A stretch of DNA of 64,000 nucleotides, from assembly GCA_965248575.1 (NCBI GenBank), contig CBDFJQ010000002.1, forward strand, positions 4,928,001-4,992,000, written 5' to 3'. The translations under genes and the position numbers were made by a program. The notes below the pieces were generated by a model. That model saw only the letters and a list, made by a program, of their open reading frames with translations. It searched no databases and had not been told where the DNA came from. The DNA comes from Planctomycetota bacterium. GTDB taxonomy: Bacteria > Planctomycetota > B15-G4. Each line of letters starts with the position of its first letter. The stretch's first letter is position 1. Shown in pieces: positions 39,428 through 48,503 of this stretch.

Positions 39428-41041
39428 TCAGCGTGCCGAGGCCACCTCGACCTCGGTGTAGCTTCCTCCTGGCGTCGCAGGCCCGATCTTCTTGAGCAAC
39501 GAATTGGGGGTGCCCATGGAGATGCAGTGCAGCGCGACGTTCTTGCGCTTCTGGGCCCAGCGCTTCACGTCCCGCAGAATGCGCTTGTGGTCTGTGATGC
39601 CGGTGGAAGGCGCTCCATCGGAGAGCAGGATGATCTCCCGGATGTCCTGCTCGTCGAACGCCTCCTCAAGGGCTGCATGCAAGGCCGTACCGCCGCGCGG
39701 GCTCAGGGCGGAGACGAACTCCCGTGCGGACTCCAAGGCCTGCTCCCGAGACTCGAAGCTCGCAGAACCGCCCTCGCGCCAGATCTTTACGTCCGTGCTG
39801 AAGGTCAGGATGTTGAAGGGTTGCTCGTCCAGGCCTGCGATGGCGTTCAAGACCTGTTGCTTCACCAGCTCCATCCGGGACTTCTGGGGCAGGTCATTGG
39901 GGATGAAGATGTCGACGCCTTGTTTGGGGCCCTGCCGCTTCTTGACTCGCGCCGTCATCGAGCCGGAGACATCGAGCACGAACACCAGGCCGTGCTGTGA
40001 AAGTGGCCGCGCGAAGAAGCTCCCCTGGGGGCCGTAGCGGGATTGGGCCATGGCGTCCACGAGGGCCTGGACGGCCAGCTCGTGCTCCTCCTCGGAGAGC
40101 ACCCAGAAGTTCTCGTTGCGCTCCAACCACTTGTCCCACTGTTTGCGGGTGAGATACCGCTGTCCCGTGGCGCGAAAGAGATCGGGCAGGATCTTGGCGT
40201 CGATGGGGGAGGGCTGCTCGGCGAGCAGGCCGACCAGCGCGGGGACCAACTCCGGTTGCCGAGCGTCCAGCAGTGCCTCGAAGGCAACGTCATAGATGGG
40301 GGAGTAGGAGTCGGAGAGGGCGGCAGCGAGAGCCTCGGCGTAGGTCTTCGCACCCATCTGGACGAGGGCGCGCACCGCCGTGTATCGGATCGTGCGGTCG
40401 CTATGACCTTGGAGTGGCTTCAGGACCCACAGGAAGTCGGGTGAAGGAGGTGTCTGCCGCGAGAGAAGATCGCAACTGACGTCGATGGCTGCCTTCGAGC
40501 TGCGAACCAGCTCTGCGTTCGGTTCGTCGCGCTTGAGGGTGCGGCTGAGGTCCTTCTTCGCAGACTTCAGGAGCTCAAGCGCTTCGTCCTCGAGGCCGGG
40601 GACACCCAGGGAGGCGGCCAGGTGCAGACCGTGGAGTTTCCAGGCTTCACGGGAGGAGGCGCTGAGCTTGAAAACGCGCTTCAGGTGTTCAGCTTCCAGC
40701 TCGCCCGCCTCCGTGAACAGGACGGGCTTCACCAGGAGGAGCAGGGCGTCGGAGATCTTGGGGGATTCATCAGGATCGAAGAAGACGTCGAGGACCTTCT
40801 CGCGGTCCGACTTCTTGCCCGTCTCGAGCAGCAGCCTGGCTGCGGAGACCCGCCTGGAAGTCCATGCACCTTGGTTGGCGATGTCCTTGCGTGCGTCCTG
40901 CAGATCTCCTGCAACGAGCCGCGCTGAGGAGGACGGAATCACGACCGGAGGGAGCGCCGGTGTCGCAGCAGCCAGGCAGGACGCCGTGAGCAGCCACGCG
41001 CAGAGCTTGCTGACCGGCGAAATTGACGGCGTGCTTCTCAT
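39428..41041 (-). CDS. Secreted HEAT-repeat + vWA domain protein
   Basis: Helical HEAT-like repeats; MIDAS motif DVSGSM, GGT and LLSDG.P. Confidence 0.85.
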   Translation of the reverse strand: MRSTPSISPVSKLCAWLLTASCLAAATPALPPVVIPSSSARLVAGDLQDARKDIANQGAWTSRRVSAARLLLETGKKSDREKVLDVFFDPDESPKISDALLLLVKPVLFTEAGELEAEHLKRVFKLSASSREAWKLHGLHLAASLGVPGLEDEALELLKSAKKDLSRTLKRDEPNAELVRSSKAAIDVSCDLLSRQTPPSPDFLWVLKPLQGHSDRTIRYTAVRALVQMGAKTYAEALAAALSDSYSPIYDVAFEALLDARQPELVPALVGLLAEQPSPIDAKILPDLFRATGQRYLTRKQWDKWLERNENFWVLSEEEHELAVQALVDAMAQSRYGPQGSFFARPLSQHGLVFVLDVSGSMTARVKKRQGPKQGVDIFIPNDLPQKSRMELVKQQVLNAIAGLDEQPFNILTFSTDVKIWREGGSASFESREQALESAREFVSALSPRGGTALHAALEEAFDEQDIREIILLSDGAPSTGITDHKRILRDVKRWAQKRKNVALHCISMGTPNSLLKKIGPATPGGSYTEVEVASAR

Positions 41042-41090
41042 GCGTCTCCGCGACCTCATAGCGTTCAAGATATCCGCAGAGCAGCCTGCC

Positions 41091-43415
41091 TCAGTCGACG
41101 GTCAGTTCCAAGTCATCGAAGCCAAGACGATCGCCTGGGGAACCGTGGCTCGGCCCGAAGTCGAAGCGGACGGACGTGATGGCCGTGAGGTCCAGGCCGG
41201 TACCGTCCTGCAGGAAATCCGTGAGCCGGATGCGAATGGTCTCGTACTCATTGGCCCAGCCCACGCCCGACCCGCAGGTGATGCGTTGATAGGGTTCTTC
41301 AATGCCGCCGCCCCAGGCGCCGATGTTCAGCGTTGCAGAGCTGCCGCTGCCATCCGTGAGGGTGACGTCGAAGGTGGTGTCACCGAGCACGGCTGTCGTC
41401 AGCGGGTTGCGCGTTGCCTGGCAGGCCCGGAATGAGAGGAAGGCGAAGTCCGTGATGTCTTCGGCGGCTGGAGCCAGGCCGAATTCGAGGGCAGCGTCGC
41501 TGCTGTACTCGAAGACAGACTGTCGAACGGGACCGTTGGTGCGGGCGTAGGTGAAGCCGTTCCAGACGTCGGTGATATTTTGCGTGAAGCTGCTGTTCCC
41601 ATCATCCGGGCGGCCCTCGGTCAGCCCGATGATGTTCGTGGCCAGCACCGTCCCCCCGGAGGCGCTCACGCTGAGGTCGTCGTCGTTGGTCTGGTAGTCG
41701 TCGATGACGTGGCTGCCCGCGTCCGAGCCTTCCCGGTACTGCAGGTCGACGGTGACGCAGGGGTTGTCGTCGGGAGCGCCGAGCGGGCGGAAACCCTCCC
41801 ACTGACGCCAGAGGTAGTCCTTGGCCGGGATGTTGCCTTCGATCTGGTGCTTCACCAACGGCAAGAGGTAGCCGCGCATGATGGCGTGCGTGTCCTGCCG
41901 GCCGACGAGGCACGGGCCCTGGGCCACGCTCGACCCGCCCCCGGCATGGAAGTCGCCATGCCCCACGCCATACAGCGAGATGGACATGCGGGTCTGCATC
42001 GCCCGATCGTGCAACTGGAAGGTCTGGGTGATGTTGCTGATCGCGCAGCCATTGACGTCGTTGTCCGCAGCGCCGGTCCACAGGTGGTAGGGCACGGCGT
42101 GTGGGTTGGCCGCGCCGATGTTCAGGAAGCCGGTGGGGGCGATGCTCGACAACAGCGCAATGTCGGAGAGCTGGTAGTTCGCCGGGGTGAAGTCGCCGTC
42201 GAACAGACGGTCGTAGGCGCGCACGATGCCCTCGCCACCGCGGCTGTGGCCGATCCAGGTGATGCGTGAGCTGTCGATGTGGCCGTCCAGCACACCACCC
42301 TCGATGGTGTCCAGGTTCCCCAGGAAGTAGTCGGTGTTCGTGAGCGTCGTGGTCGAAGCCGTTTCGATGCCTGGCATCGTGTTGTTCTGGTGGCTCATGA
42401 CGACGAAGCCGTAGGACGCCAGGTGCTTGCCGATGTGGTCGTACCACTGGTAGTTGTGCCCGTTGCCATGGCTTACCACGATCAAGGGCAGCTGGCCCAT
42501 GCTGGCGATGCTGGTCGGGTAGTAGGTGTCTTGTCCCAGGAAGCTCCCACCGCTGTACATGGTCTCGGTCACGGCCAGGGGCCCGGGCAGCGTGAGGTCG
42601 TGCACTGCGTAGAGGCCGGCCTCGTCCGAGTAGCCGTCCATGAGGTCGTCCCCATCGAATCGGCCGTTCTGGTTCAGGTCGATCACGACGTCGTACCCCA
42701 CGCCGATCCCGGTGCCCGCGTCGGCATCCAGTGTTCCGGTATCGAGGGTGAAGGTGTTGTCCGTGAGCAGGCCGTCCACGAAGCTCATGCGGCGAGGTCC
42801 TGCACCCACATCGACCAGCCCGGGGTTCGCAATCCACTCGTCGCGCGTGCGCGCCTCGACGATGTAGACATCTCCCTGGCGATTGATGATCTCCGGAAAG
42901 CGGCTGCTCTCGACGGCGAGTTCCAGCAATTGCCCTTCGTGCGCGGCGCGCACGTACTCGAAGGAGGGGGCCGCCGGGAGGGCGTGGCCCGCGAGCTGCA
43001 CGTTGCGATCTCGCAAGCTGATGCTGACGCCGTTGCTCGCCTCGAACTGAGCGGGCGTCGCGGGGTCGAAGATGACCGCGGCAGCGTAGAACGTCAGCCC
43101 GTGGAAGGCAGGCGAACTCGGAAGGATGATGCGTTGCTCAAGCGTTCCCGTCCCATTCAGGGAGCCGAGGCCGTGGGCGCTCCAGGAGCTGCCGAAGCCG
43201 ATGGGGATCGAGACGCCGTTGATGAGGGTGGGCCCTGGGTCCAGGTCCACGAGCAGGCGCACCTCCCCTTCTGGCGCGCCGTTGACCGTGATCTTCAGGG
43301 GCGACGCCATGAGCTTGTCGACGGAGATACGCCCGTCGTCGAGCAGGAGATCGGATGCTTGGGCGCTCCCAAAGAGCAGCAGCGCGGCGAGGGTGCGGAC
43401 GATCAACGGAGCCAA
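41091..43415 (-). CDS. Secreted multidomain alpha/beta hydrolase
   Basis: Signal peptide; PLIVVSHGNG, LASYGFVV, GHSRGG nucleophile elbow, D.DV and H.DF; C-terminal beta-sandwich-like region. Confidence 0.82.
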   Translation of the reverse strand: MAPLIVRTLAALLLFGSAQASDLLLDDGRISVDKLMASPLKITVNGAPEGEVRLLVDLDPGPTLINGVSIPIGFGSSWSAHGLGSLNGTGTLEQRIILPSSPAFHGLTFYAAAVIFDPATPAQFEASNGVSISLRDRNVQLAGHALPAAPSFEYVRAAHEGQLLELAVESSRFPEIINRQGDVYIVEARTRDEWIANPGLVDVGAGPRRMSFVDGLLTDNTFTLDTGTLDADAGTGIGVGYDVVIDLNQNGRFDGDDLMDGYSDEAGLYAVHDLTLPGPLAVTETMYSGGSFLGQDTYYPTSIASMGQLPLIVVSHGNGHNYQWYDHIGKHLASYGFVVMSHQNNTMPGIETASTTTLTNTDYFLGNLDTIEGGVLDGHIDSSRITWIGHSRGGEGIVRAYDRLFDGDFTPANYQLSDIALLSSIAPTGFLNIGAANPHAVPYHLWTGAADNDVNGCAISNITQTFQLHDRAMQTRMSISLYGVGHGDFHAGGGSSVAQGPCLVGRQDTHAIMRGYLLPLVKHQIEGNIPAKDYLWRQWEGFRPLGAPDDNPCVTVDLQYREGSDAGSHVIDDYQTNDDDLSVSASGGTVLATNIIGLTEGRPDDGNSSFTQNITDVWNGFTYARTNGPVRQSVFEYSSDAALEFGLAPAAEDITDFAFLSFRACQATRNPLTTAVLGDTTFDVTLTDGSGSSATLNIGAWGGGIEEPYQRITCGSGVGWANEYETIRIRLTDFLQDGTGLDLTAITSVRFDFGPSHGSPGDRLGFDDLELTVD

Positions 43416-43524
43416 GGTCTTGCCTTCTGGGAAGAGTCGCTGTTGTAGAGTCGAGGGCTCCAGAGTTTACACGCGCCACGGAAGCGTGGCGGTTGCGCTG
43501 GACGCCCGTGACGGAGGCCGAGCC

Positions 43525-44094
43525 ATGGACCTGGGGTCCGAGATCCAGATTCACGAGGAAGGTGCTGAGGACCTCGAGGCCATCCACGCGTTGCTGACAG
43601 CAGCTTTCGAGGGATGTGAGGAGGCGGATCTCGTGCGGGCCCTGCGCTCATCGGGCCGCTTGAGTCTCTCCTTGCTTGCTGAGCTTCCGAAGCAGGTTGG
43701 AGAGCAGGCAAGGCTTCTGGGGCAGGTCGCGTTCAGCCCTGCACGGCTTGCGGGAGGAAAGCGCGGAGAAGGTCTGGGCTTGGCACCCTTGGGGGTGAGC
43801 CCCGCGACTCAGGGGCAGGGTGTCGGTACGGCGCTGATGGAGGCGGCCTTGAGCTGGGTTCGCAGCACGCCCTGCGGGTGGGTCGTGGTGTTGGGAGCGC
43901 CAGCCTACTACCAACGTTTCGGGTTCGAGGCCGCGTCGTCACGCGGCCTGCGTGACGAGTTCGGCGGCGGAGAACACTTCATGGTCTGGGAGTGTCGTGC
44001 CGGCGCCTTGCCTGCGAGTGGCGGGCTGGTGCACTACGCTCCGGAGTTTGATCTCTGGAAGCTGCCCCCAGAGGGAGAGGCCCAGCCGGGCTGA
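43525..44094 (+). CDS. GNAT N-acetyltransferase (YhbS-like)
   Basis: AF....EA.LV.ALR, GLAPL.V.P..QGQGVG and VVLG.PAYY.RFGF motifs; GGAGG RBS. Confidence 0.92.
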   Translation: MDLGSEIQIHEEGAEDLEAIHALLTAAFEGCEEADLVRALRSSGRLSLSLLAELPKQVGEQARLLGQVAFSPARLAGGKRGEGLGLAPLGVSPATQGQGVGTALMEAALSWVRSTPCGWVVVLGAPAYYQRFGFEAASSRGLRDEFGGGEHFMVWECRAGALPASGGLVHYAPEFDLWKLPPEGEAQPG

Positions 44095-44104
44095 TGACCC
44101 GCTC

Positions 44105-45613
44105 TCAGAGTTGGGCGTCCACGTGGGCGCTCAGTTGATCCCAGGCTGCTTGAGCTGCCGGGTCGCTTCCCAGGGTTCCCGAGAGATCGTTGGTCTCCAT
44201 GGGGTCGCTCAGGAGGTCGTAGAGATTCTCGGAGACGAGGTTGCCGTTGATGTAGTTGCGCCAGTACTTGTACTGGGTGTTGCGGGCCACCTGGTTACGA
44301 GTCACAAAGGGCCCGAAGCCATTGGGCCGGAAGCGCTCGCCGTAGATCAGGTTGGGCGTGGGGAAGCTAGGCATCGCGATGTGCGTTGCGAAACTGGTGG
44401 AGTCCAGGCCCGTGCTCCCATCGGCCCCGGCGATCTCCGCGATGGTGGCGAAGAGATCCGCGACGTGCAGCAGGGCCGGCGATTCCTGCCCGGAGGCGAC
44501 GCCTCGTCCGCGGATGATCATGGGCACATTGATGCCGCCCTCGTACATCGTGCTCTTGCCCTTGGCCGGATCCCACGGAGGAGAGATGGACGGCCCGTTG
44601 GTGCCGTTGTCGCCGATGAAGATGATGACCGTGTTGGCGAAGACGACGGGGTCCATGCTGGCGAGCAGGCGGCCGATCTCGGTGTCCATCGCTTGCGTGG
44701 CCGCCTTCATGAACAGCACGGGGTCTGCGTTGGGGTCCGGCGGGACGTAGGTGCCGCCGGGAAGGGGGGGGCCGACGATGGGAGGGGCTGCGACACCGCC
44801 CGGCGGCAGGGCGGTACCAGGCCCTCCCACAGCGGTTCCGGCAGGCTGCGATTGCCTGCGGCTCGGTTCGGGCGGCGGCTCGCCGGAACCGAGGTTGAAT
44901 GAGTGCAACGAGGTGGGCGGGGCGTGATAGGGCTTGTGGGGTGCGTTGAAGGCGAGCCAAATGAACCAAGGCTGGGAGCCGAAGGTCTCCATCATCGTCA
45001 GCGCGTCGTCCACCTGATCGGTGGTGGCGTACTTCGCTTGTTGCTGAACGAGGGTGCCGTCGATGTTCTTGGGGAAGTCGTAGTAGGTATCGCCGTCATG
45101 CTCGAGCAAGTTGGTGATCGGGCCCCAGTGGTGCTCGAAGCCCAACTGCAACGGATGGGTGAGCCAGTCTGTTGCGCTCAACTGGGCGGAGAGGTGCCAC
45201 TTTCCGACGGCGGCCGTGCGGTAGCCCTGTGCGGCCAGGATGTCAGCCAGGCTCACCTCGGTCACGGGCAGGTCGTAGCTGGCGATGGAGGTGAGGATGA
45301 AGGTGCCCAGGCCCGTACGGCGTCCGTGCTTGCCGGTCAGGATCGAGGCTCGTGTCGACGAGCAGACGTCGTAGGCCCAGGTGTTTCGAAAGAGGATTCC
45401 GTTCGCAGCCAGGGCGTCGAGGTTGGGGGTGTTTCCCGGGGAGGGGTGCTCTGCGTAGACCCCGATCCGGTCGACTCCGAGGTCATCCCCGAGGATGACG
45501 AGGATGTTGGGAGGGGTTCCCGCAAGTTGACCGCCCTCTGCGGGATCGGGCTCACCGACTGGGATACCCAACGCGAGCAGCGTCGCGAAACTGCTGCAAA
45601 GCAGTAGACCCAT
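44105..45613 (-). CDS. Formylglycine-type sulfatase
   Basis: PNILVILGDDLG, TPNLD.LA, CSSTRASILTG, GKWHL, APH.P.H, DNG and YEGGINVP motifs. Confidence 0.92.
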   Translation of the reverse strand: MGLLLCSSFATLLALGIPVGEPDPAEGGQLAGTPPNILVILGDDLGVDRIGVYAEHPSPGNTPNLDALAANGILFRNTWAYDVCSSTRASILTGKHGRRTGLGTFILTSIASYDLPVTEVSLADILAAQGYRTAAVGKWHLSAQLSATDWLTHPLQLGFEHHWGPITNLLEHDGDTYYDFPKNIDGTLVQQQAKYATTDQVDDALTMMETFGSQPWFIWLAFNAPHKPYHAPPTSLHSFNLGSGEPPPEPSRRQSQPAGTAVGGPGTALPPGGVAAPPIVGPPLPGGTYVPPDPNADPVLFMKAATQAMDTEIGRLLASMDPVVFANTVIIFIGDNGTNGPSISPPWDPAKGKSTMYEGGINVPMIIRGRGVASGQESPALLHVADLFATIAEIAGADGSTGLDSTSFATHIAMPSFPTPNLIYGERFRPNGFGPFVTRNQVARNTQYKYWRNYINGNLVSENLYDLLSDPMETNDLSGTLGSDPAAQAAWDQLSAHVDAQL

Positions 45614-45976
45614 CCTGTTGTACTCCGTGGTGTCATGCCCGCACCCGCGACCCGAGGTTGAGTCCATGCGAAGCGAAAGGCCTTCCAAGGATACAGGGCC
45701 TAGGCAATCGCGCTAGTCGGAGCTGGCGCAGCAAGCCGTCGCTTTGGCAGCTTGTCCGCCCAGGAGTTCGGGTGCCAGCGTCACGGAAGTCTTGAAGGGG
45801 GTAGCCCTTGGTTGGCCATTCGCCGCGAAAGCAGGACCTCACGCTCTCCAAAATGTCGGGCTTCGCCCGTGCGGAGGCATTGCTCAAGAAGCTGACTCAG
45901 CGCTCGATCAAGCTTGTGCAGGCGTCGTCCGTTTCCTGAATCCCCTCGTCCACAGCTGAGACTCCGAGCGAGCCCC

Positions 45977-46681
45977 ATGAACAAGACGGAAGTGATGGCC
46001 CTCCTGAAGCAGAACACGAACCCTCGGGGCGTTGAGAACTGGAAACGCCTGGCGCGCATGGGCGGCAAGACGAAGAGTTTCGGCATCGGGTTGACCCAGC
46101 TGCGAAAGCTGGCGAAACAAGTGGGCCGCGACCATGCCCTGGCCAAGAAACTGTGGCAGACGGACTGCTACGACGCGAAAGTGTTGGGCTTGTTGGTCGA
46201 CGACCCCAAGCAGTTGACGCGTGAGCAGGCCGAGGCGCAGGTGGACGACCTCAGCATGGGCATGTTGTCACACGTGTTCGCGTCGTGTGATGCCACCCTG
46301 GGCAAGTCACCCTTCGCGGTGGAACTCGCCGATGAGTGGATGGACAGCAAAGACGACATGCGTCGGCGCTGTGGGTTCCTGCTGCTGTACGAGCTGTCCA
46401 AGGACAAGCGCAAGACCGCTCAGAATGACGCCTTCTTCCTCAAGCGCATTGCCCAGATCGGGAAGACGATCAAGAAGGAAGAGAACTGGGTGAAGGACGC
46501 CATGAGCGGGGCCATGCTCGGTGTTGGCAAGCGCAACAAGGTCTTGAACAAGGCCACGCTCAGGGTGGTGAAAGCCATCGGTCCGTTGCAGGTGGACTAT
46601 GGCGAAGGCAACTCCTGCGAGCCGCTGGACCTTGCCATGCATCTGACGAAGCCTGCGCTGAAGAAGCGCTTGGGGGTCTGA
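45977..46681 (+). CDS. DNA alkylation repair protein (AlkD-like HEAT repeat)
   Basis: G..L..LRKLAK..G.DH.LA..LW..D.YDA motif. Confidence 0.85.
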   Translation: MNKTEVMALLKQNTNPRGVENWKRLARMGGKTKSFGIGLTQLRKLAKQVGRDHALAKKLWQTDCYDAKVLGLLVDDPKQLTREQAEAQVDDLSMGMLSHVFASCDATLGKSPFAVELADEWMDSKDDMRRRCGFLLLYELSKDKRKTAQNDAFFLKRIAQIGKTIKKEENWVKDAMSGAMLGVGKRNKVLNKATLRVVKAIGPLQVDYGEGNSCEPLDLAMHLTKPALKKRLGV

Positions 46682-47281
46682 ATGAAGCCGCCCCTGGGAT
46701 GGGACCGCCGGCGGGTCTTGTTGGGTGGTCTGGCGGGCCTGGCTTTGCCGGCCCTGGCCGCTGGAAGGCCTGTCCCCCGTATCGGCGCGGTGCAGGAGGA
46801 GAGCGGCCCAAGTGGGCCCTCGACTTGGGGCGTGCAGGTGGTGCTCGTGCGACACGCAGAGAAGCAAACGGGGGAGGACCCCGAGCTGACGGAGGCTGGC
46901 CACAGCATGGCTCGGGGGTTGGCGTCCCTGCTGTCAGCGGCGCCGGTGTCTTATCTCGAGCACAGCCCCTTCCGGCGGACTCAGCAGACCCTGGCGCCTC
47001 TCGCCGTGGCGCATGCCTTGGCTCCCCGCGTGACGGACCCGCGCGATGTCGAGGCCCTGCGCGACCGCCTGCACGCGCTCCCGGACGGCGCGGTCGCCGT
47101 CGTGGCGGGCCACTCCAACACCCTTCCGCAGGCGGTGCGCGCATTGGGCGGGTCCATCGATGGTCTGAACGAGAAGGGCCACATCGAAGACCCCGTGTTC
47201 AATCGCATGTTCGTGCTCTCGCTTCGACGCAGGGAGGACCACCCGGTTTCCACCAGTTGCCTGGAGCTGCGTCTGCCGTGA
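46682..47281 (+). CDS. Tat-exported histidine phosphatase (SixA/PGAM-like)
   Basis: RRRVLLG Tat-like signal; LVRHAEK, SPFRRT.QT and VAGHSNT motifs. Confidence 0.88.
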   Translation: MKPPLGWDRRRVLLGGLAGLALPALAAGRPVPRIGAVQEESGPSGPSTWGVQVVLVRHAEKQTGEDPELTEAGHSMARGLASLLSAAPVSYLEHSPFRRTQQTLAPLAVAHALAPRVTDPRDVEALRDRLHALPDGAVAVVAGHSNTLPQAVRALGGSIDGLNEKGHIEDPVFNRMFVLSLRRREDHPVSTSCLELRLP

Positions 47282-47448
47282 GTCACGACGCGCGCTGACG
47301 GGCATCATCTTCCCGTCACCTTGCAACGCCCGGTTTCATCTTGGGGAAACCTTGCTGCACAAGCGGGCTCCTAGTCTTCGTTCAGGTGGCCACGTCGATG
47401 CGACGCGGCCGTACCAGCAACGAAGAAATGAAGATTTGGAGCCGCACC

Positions 47449-48369
47449 ATGAACACCACAACCACCGTGCTCGTCGTTGGCCTCTTGGCCGCCCTCAGTA
47501 CGCCGGCCGATGCTGGAGGCGATATCTGCGAGAAGACAGCCAAACTGCAGAAGTCTTCCGCGGCCTTTGAGTTGAAGGAGGAGCTGAAGGTCTCCCTGGC
47601 CGTCTGCGAGAACCTCACGGACCCCGTCGCTCGCGCCGAGTGCAGGCAGCAGGCGCGCGCGGACTACCAGGAGAACAAGCAACTGGCCAATGACCAGTTC
47701 CTTGCGCGCTTGGATCTCTGCGATTTGTTGGGTGGCGGGGCCTACGACCCGGACATCGACCCGGATGAGTTCAGCACGACCATCGACAACCCTTTCCTGC
47801 CCTTTCCTGTAGGAGCCATGTGGCTCTATGAGGGTGAATCGGAGGATGGGATGGAGTTCATCGAGATCGAGGTCCTGGACAGCACCCGGGAGATCCTCGG
47901 GGTGGAGTGCGTGTCCGTGCGCGACGTCGTCTACGACGAGGACGGTGAAGCCGTGGAGGACACCATCGACTGGTTCGCCCAGGACAGCGACGGCAACGTC
48001 TGGTACTTCGGTGAGATCTCCTTCAACTACGAGGACGGTTTCATTGCAGATGTCGAAGGCTCCTGGCTAGCGGGCGTCGATGGTGCCAAGCCGGGCATCG
48101 TGATGCTTGCCGACCCCACCGTGGGTGTCACCTACCGGCAGGAGTGGTTGTTGGGGGATGCCGAAGACGCCGCCACGGTGCTCTCGGTCGATGCGACGCT
48201 GAGCATCGGCCTGGGGATGTTCGACGACTGCGTGCAGACGGCCGACTTCCTGCCGCCGGAACCCGACGAGCTGGAGCACAAGTTCTACGCCGAAGGCATC
48301 GGCTTCCTGTTCGAGACCAAGCCCGGCGAGGACGAGACGGTGGAGTTGGTGGGCTACACAGGACTCTAG
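47449..48369 (+). CDS. Conserved secreted hypothetical protein
   Basis: Signal peptide; Cys-containing helical N-terminus; acidic beta-rich domain IDNPFLP...EDT.DWFAQD..GNVWYFGE...E.KFYA.GIG. Confidence 0.75.
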   Translation: MNTTTTVLVVGLLAALSTPADAGGDICEKTAKLQKSSAAFELKEELKVSLAVCENLTDPVARAECRQQARADYQENKQLANDQFLARLDLCDLLGGGAYDPDIDPDEFSTTIDNPFLPFPVGAMWLYEGESEDGMEFIEIEVLDSTREILGVECVSVRDVVYDEDGEAVEDTIDWFAQDSDGNVWYFGEISFNYEDGFIADVEGSWLAGVDGAKPGIVMLADPTVGVTYRQEWLLGDAEDAATVLSVDATLSIGLGMFDDCVQTADFLPPEPDELEHKFYAEGIGFLFETKPGEDETVELVGYTGL

Positions 48370-48503
48370 TCCTGGGGCAAGAAGCTCTCTTCCCTGTCCG
48401 TGCGGCCCGTCAGCTGTTCAGTCAGCTGTCGGGCCGTTTTTCTTGACCCCGGCGCGGCGCCGACCCACCGTGGTGCCCTTGCTCCCCACGGGTGTCGTTT
48501 CGC

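Noticed and set aside
45853..45939. 28-codon ORF MSGFARAEALLKKLTQRSIKLVQASSVS
   Set aside because: Too short, with no properly spaced RBS or recognisable motif.
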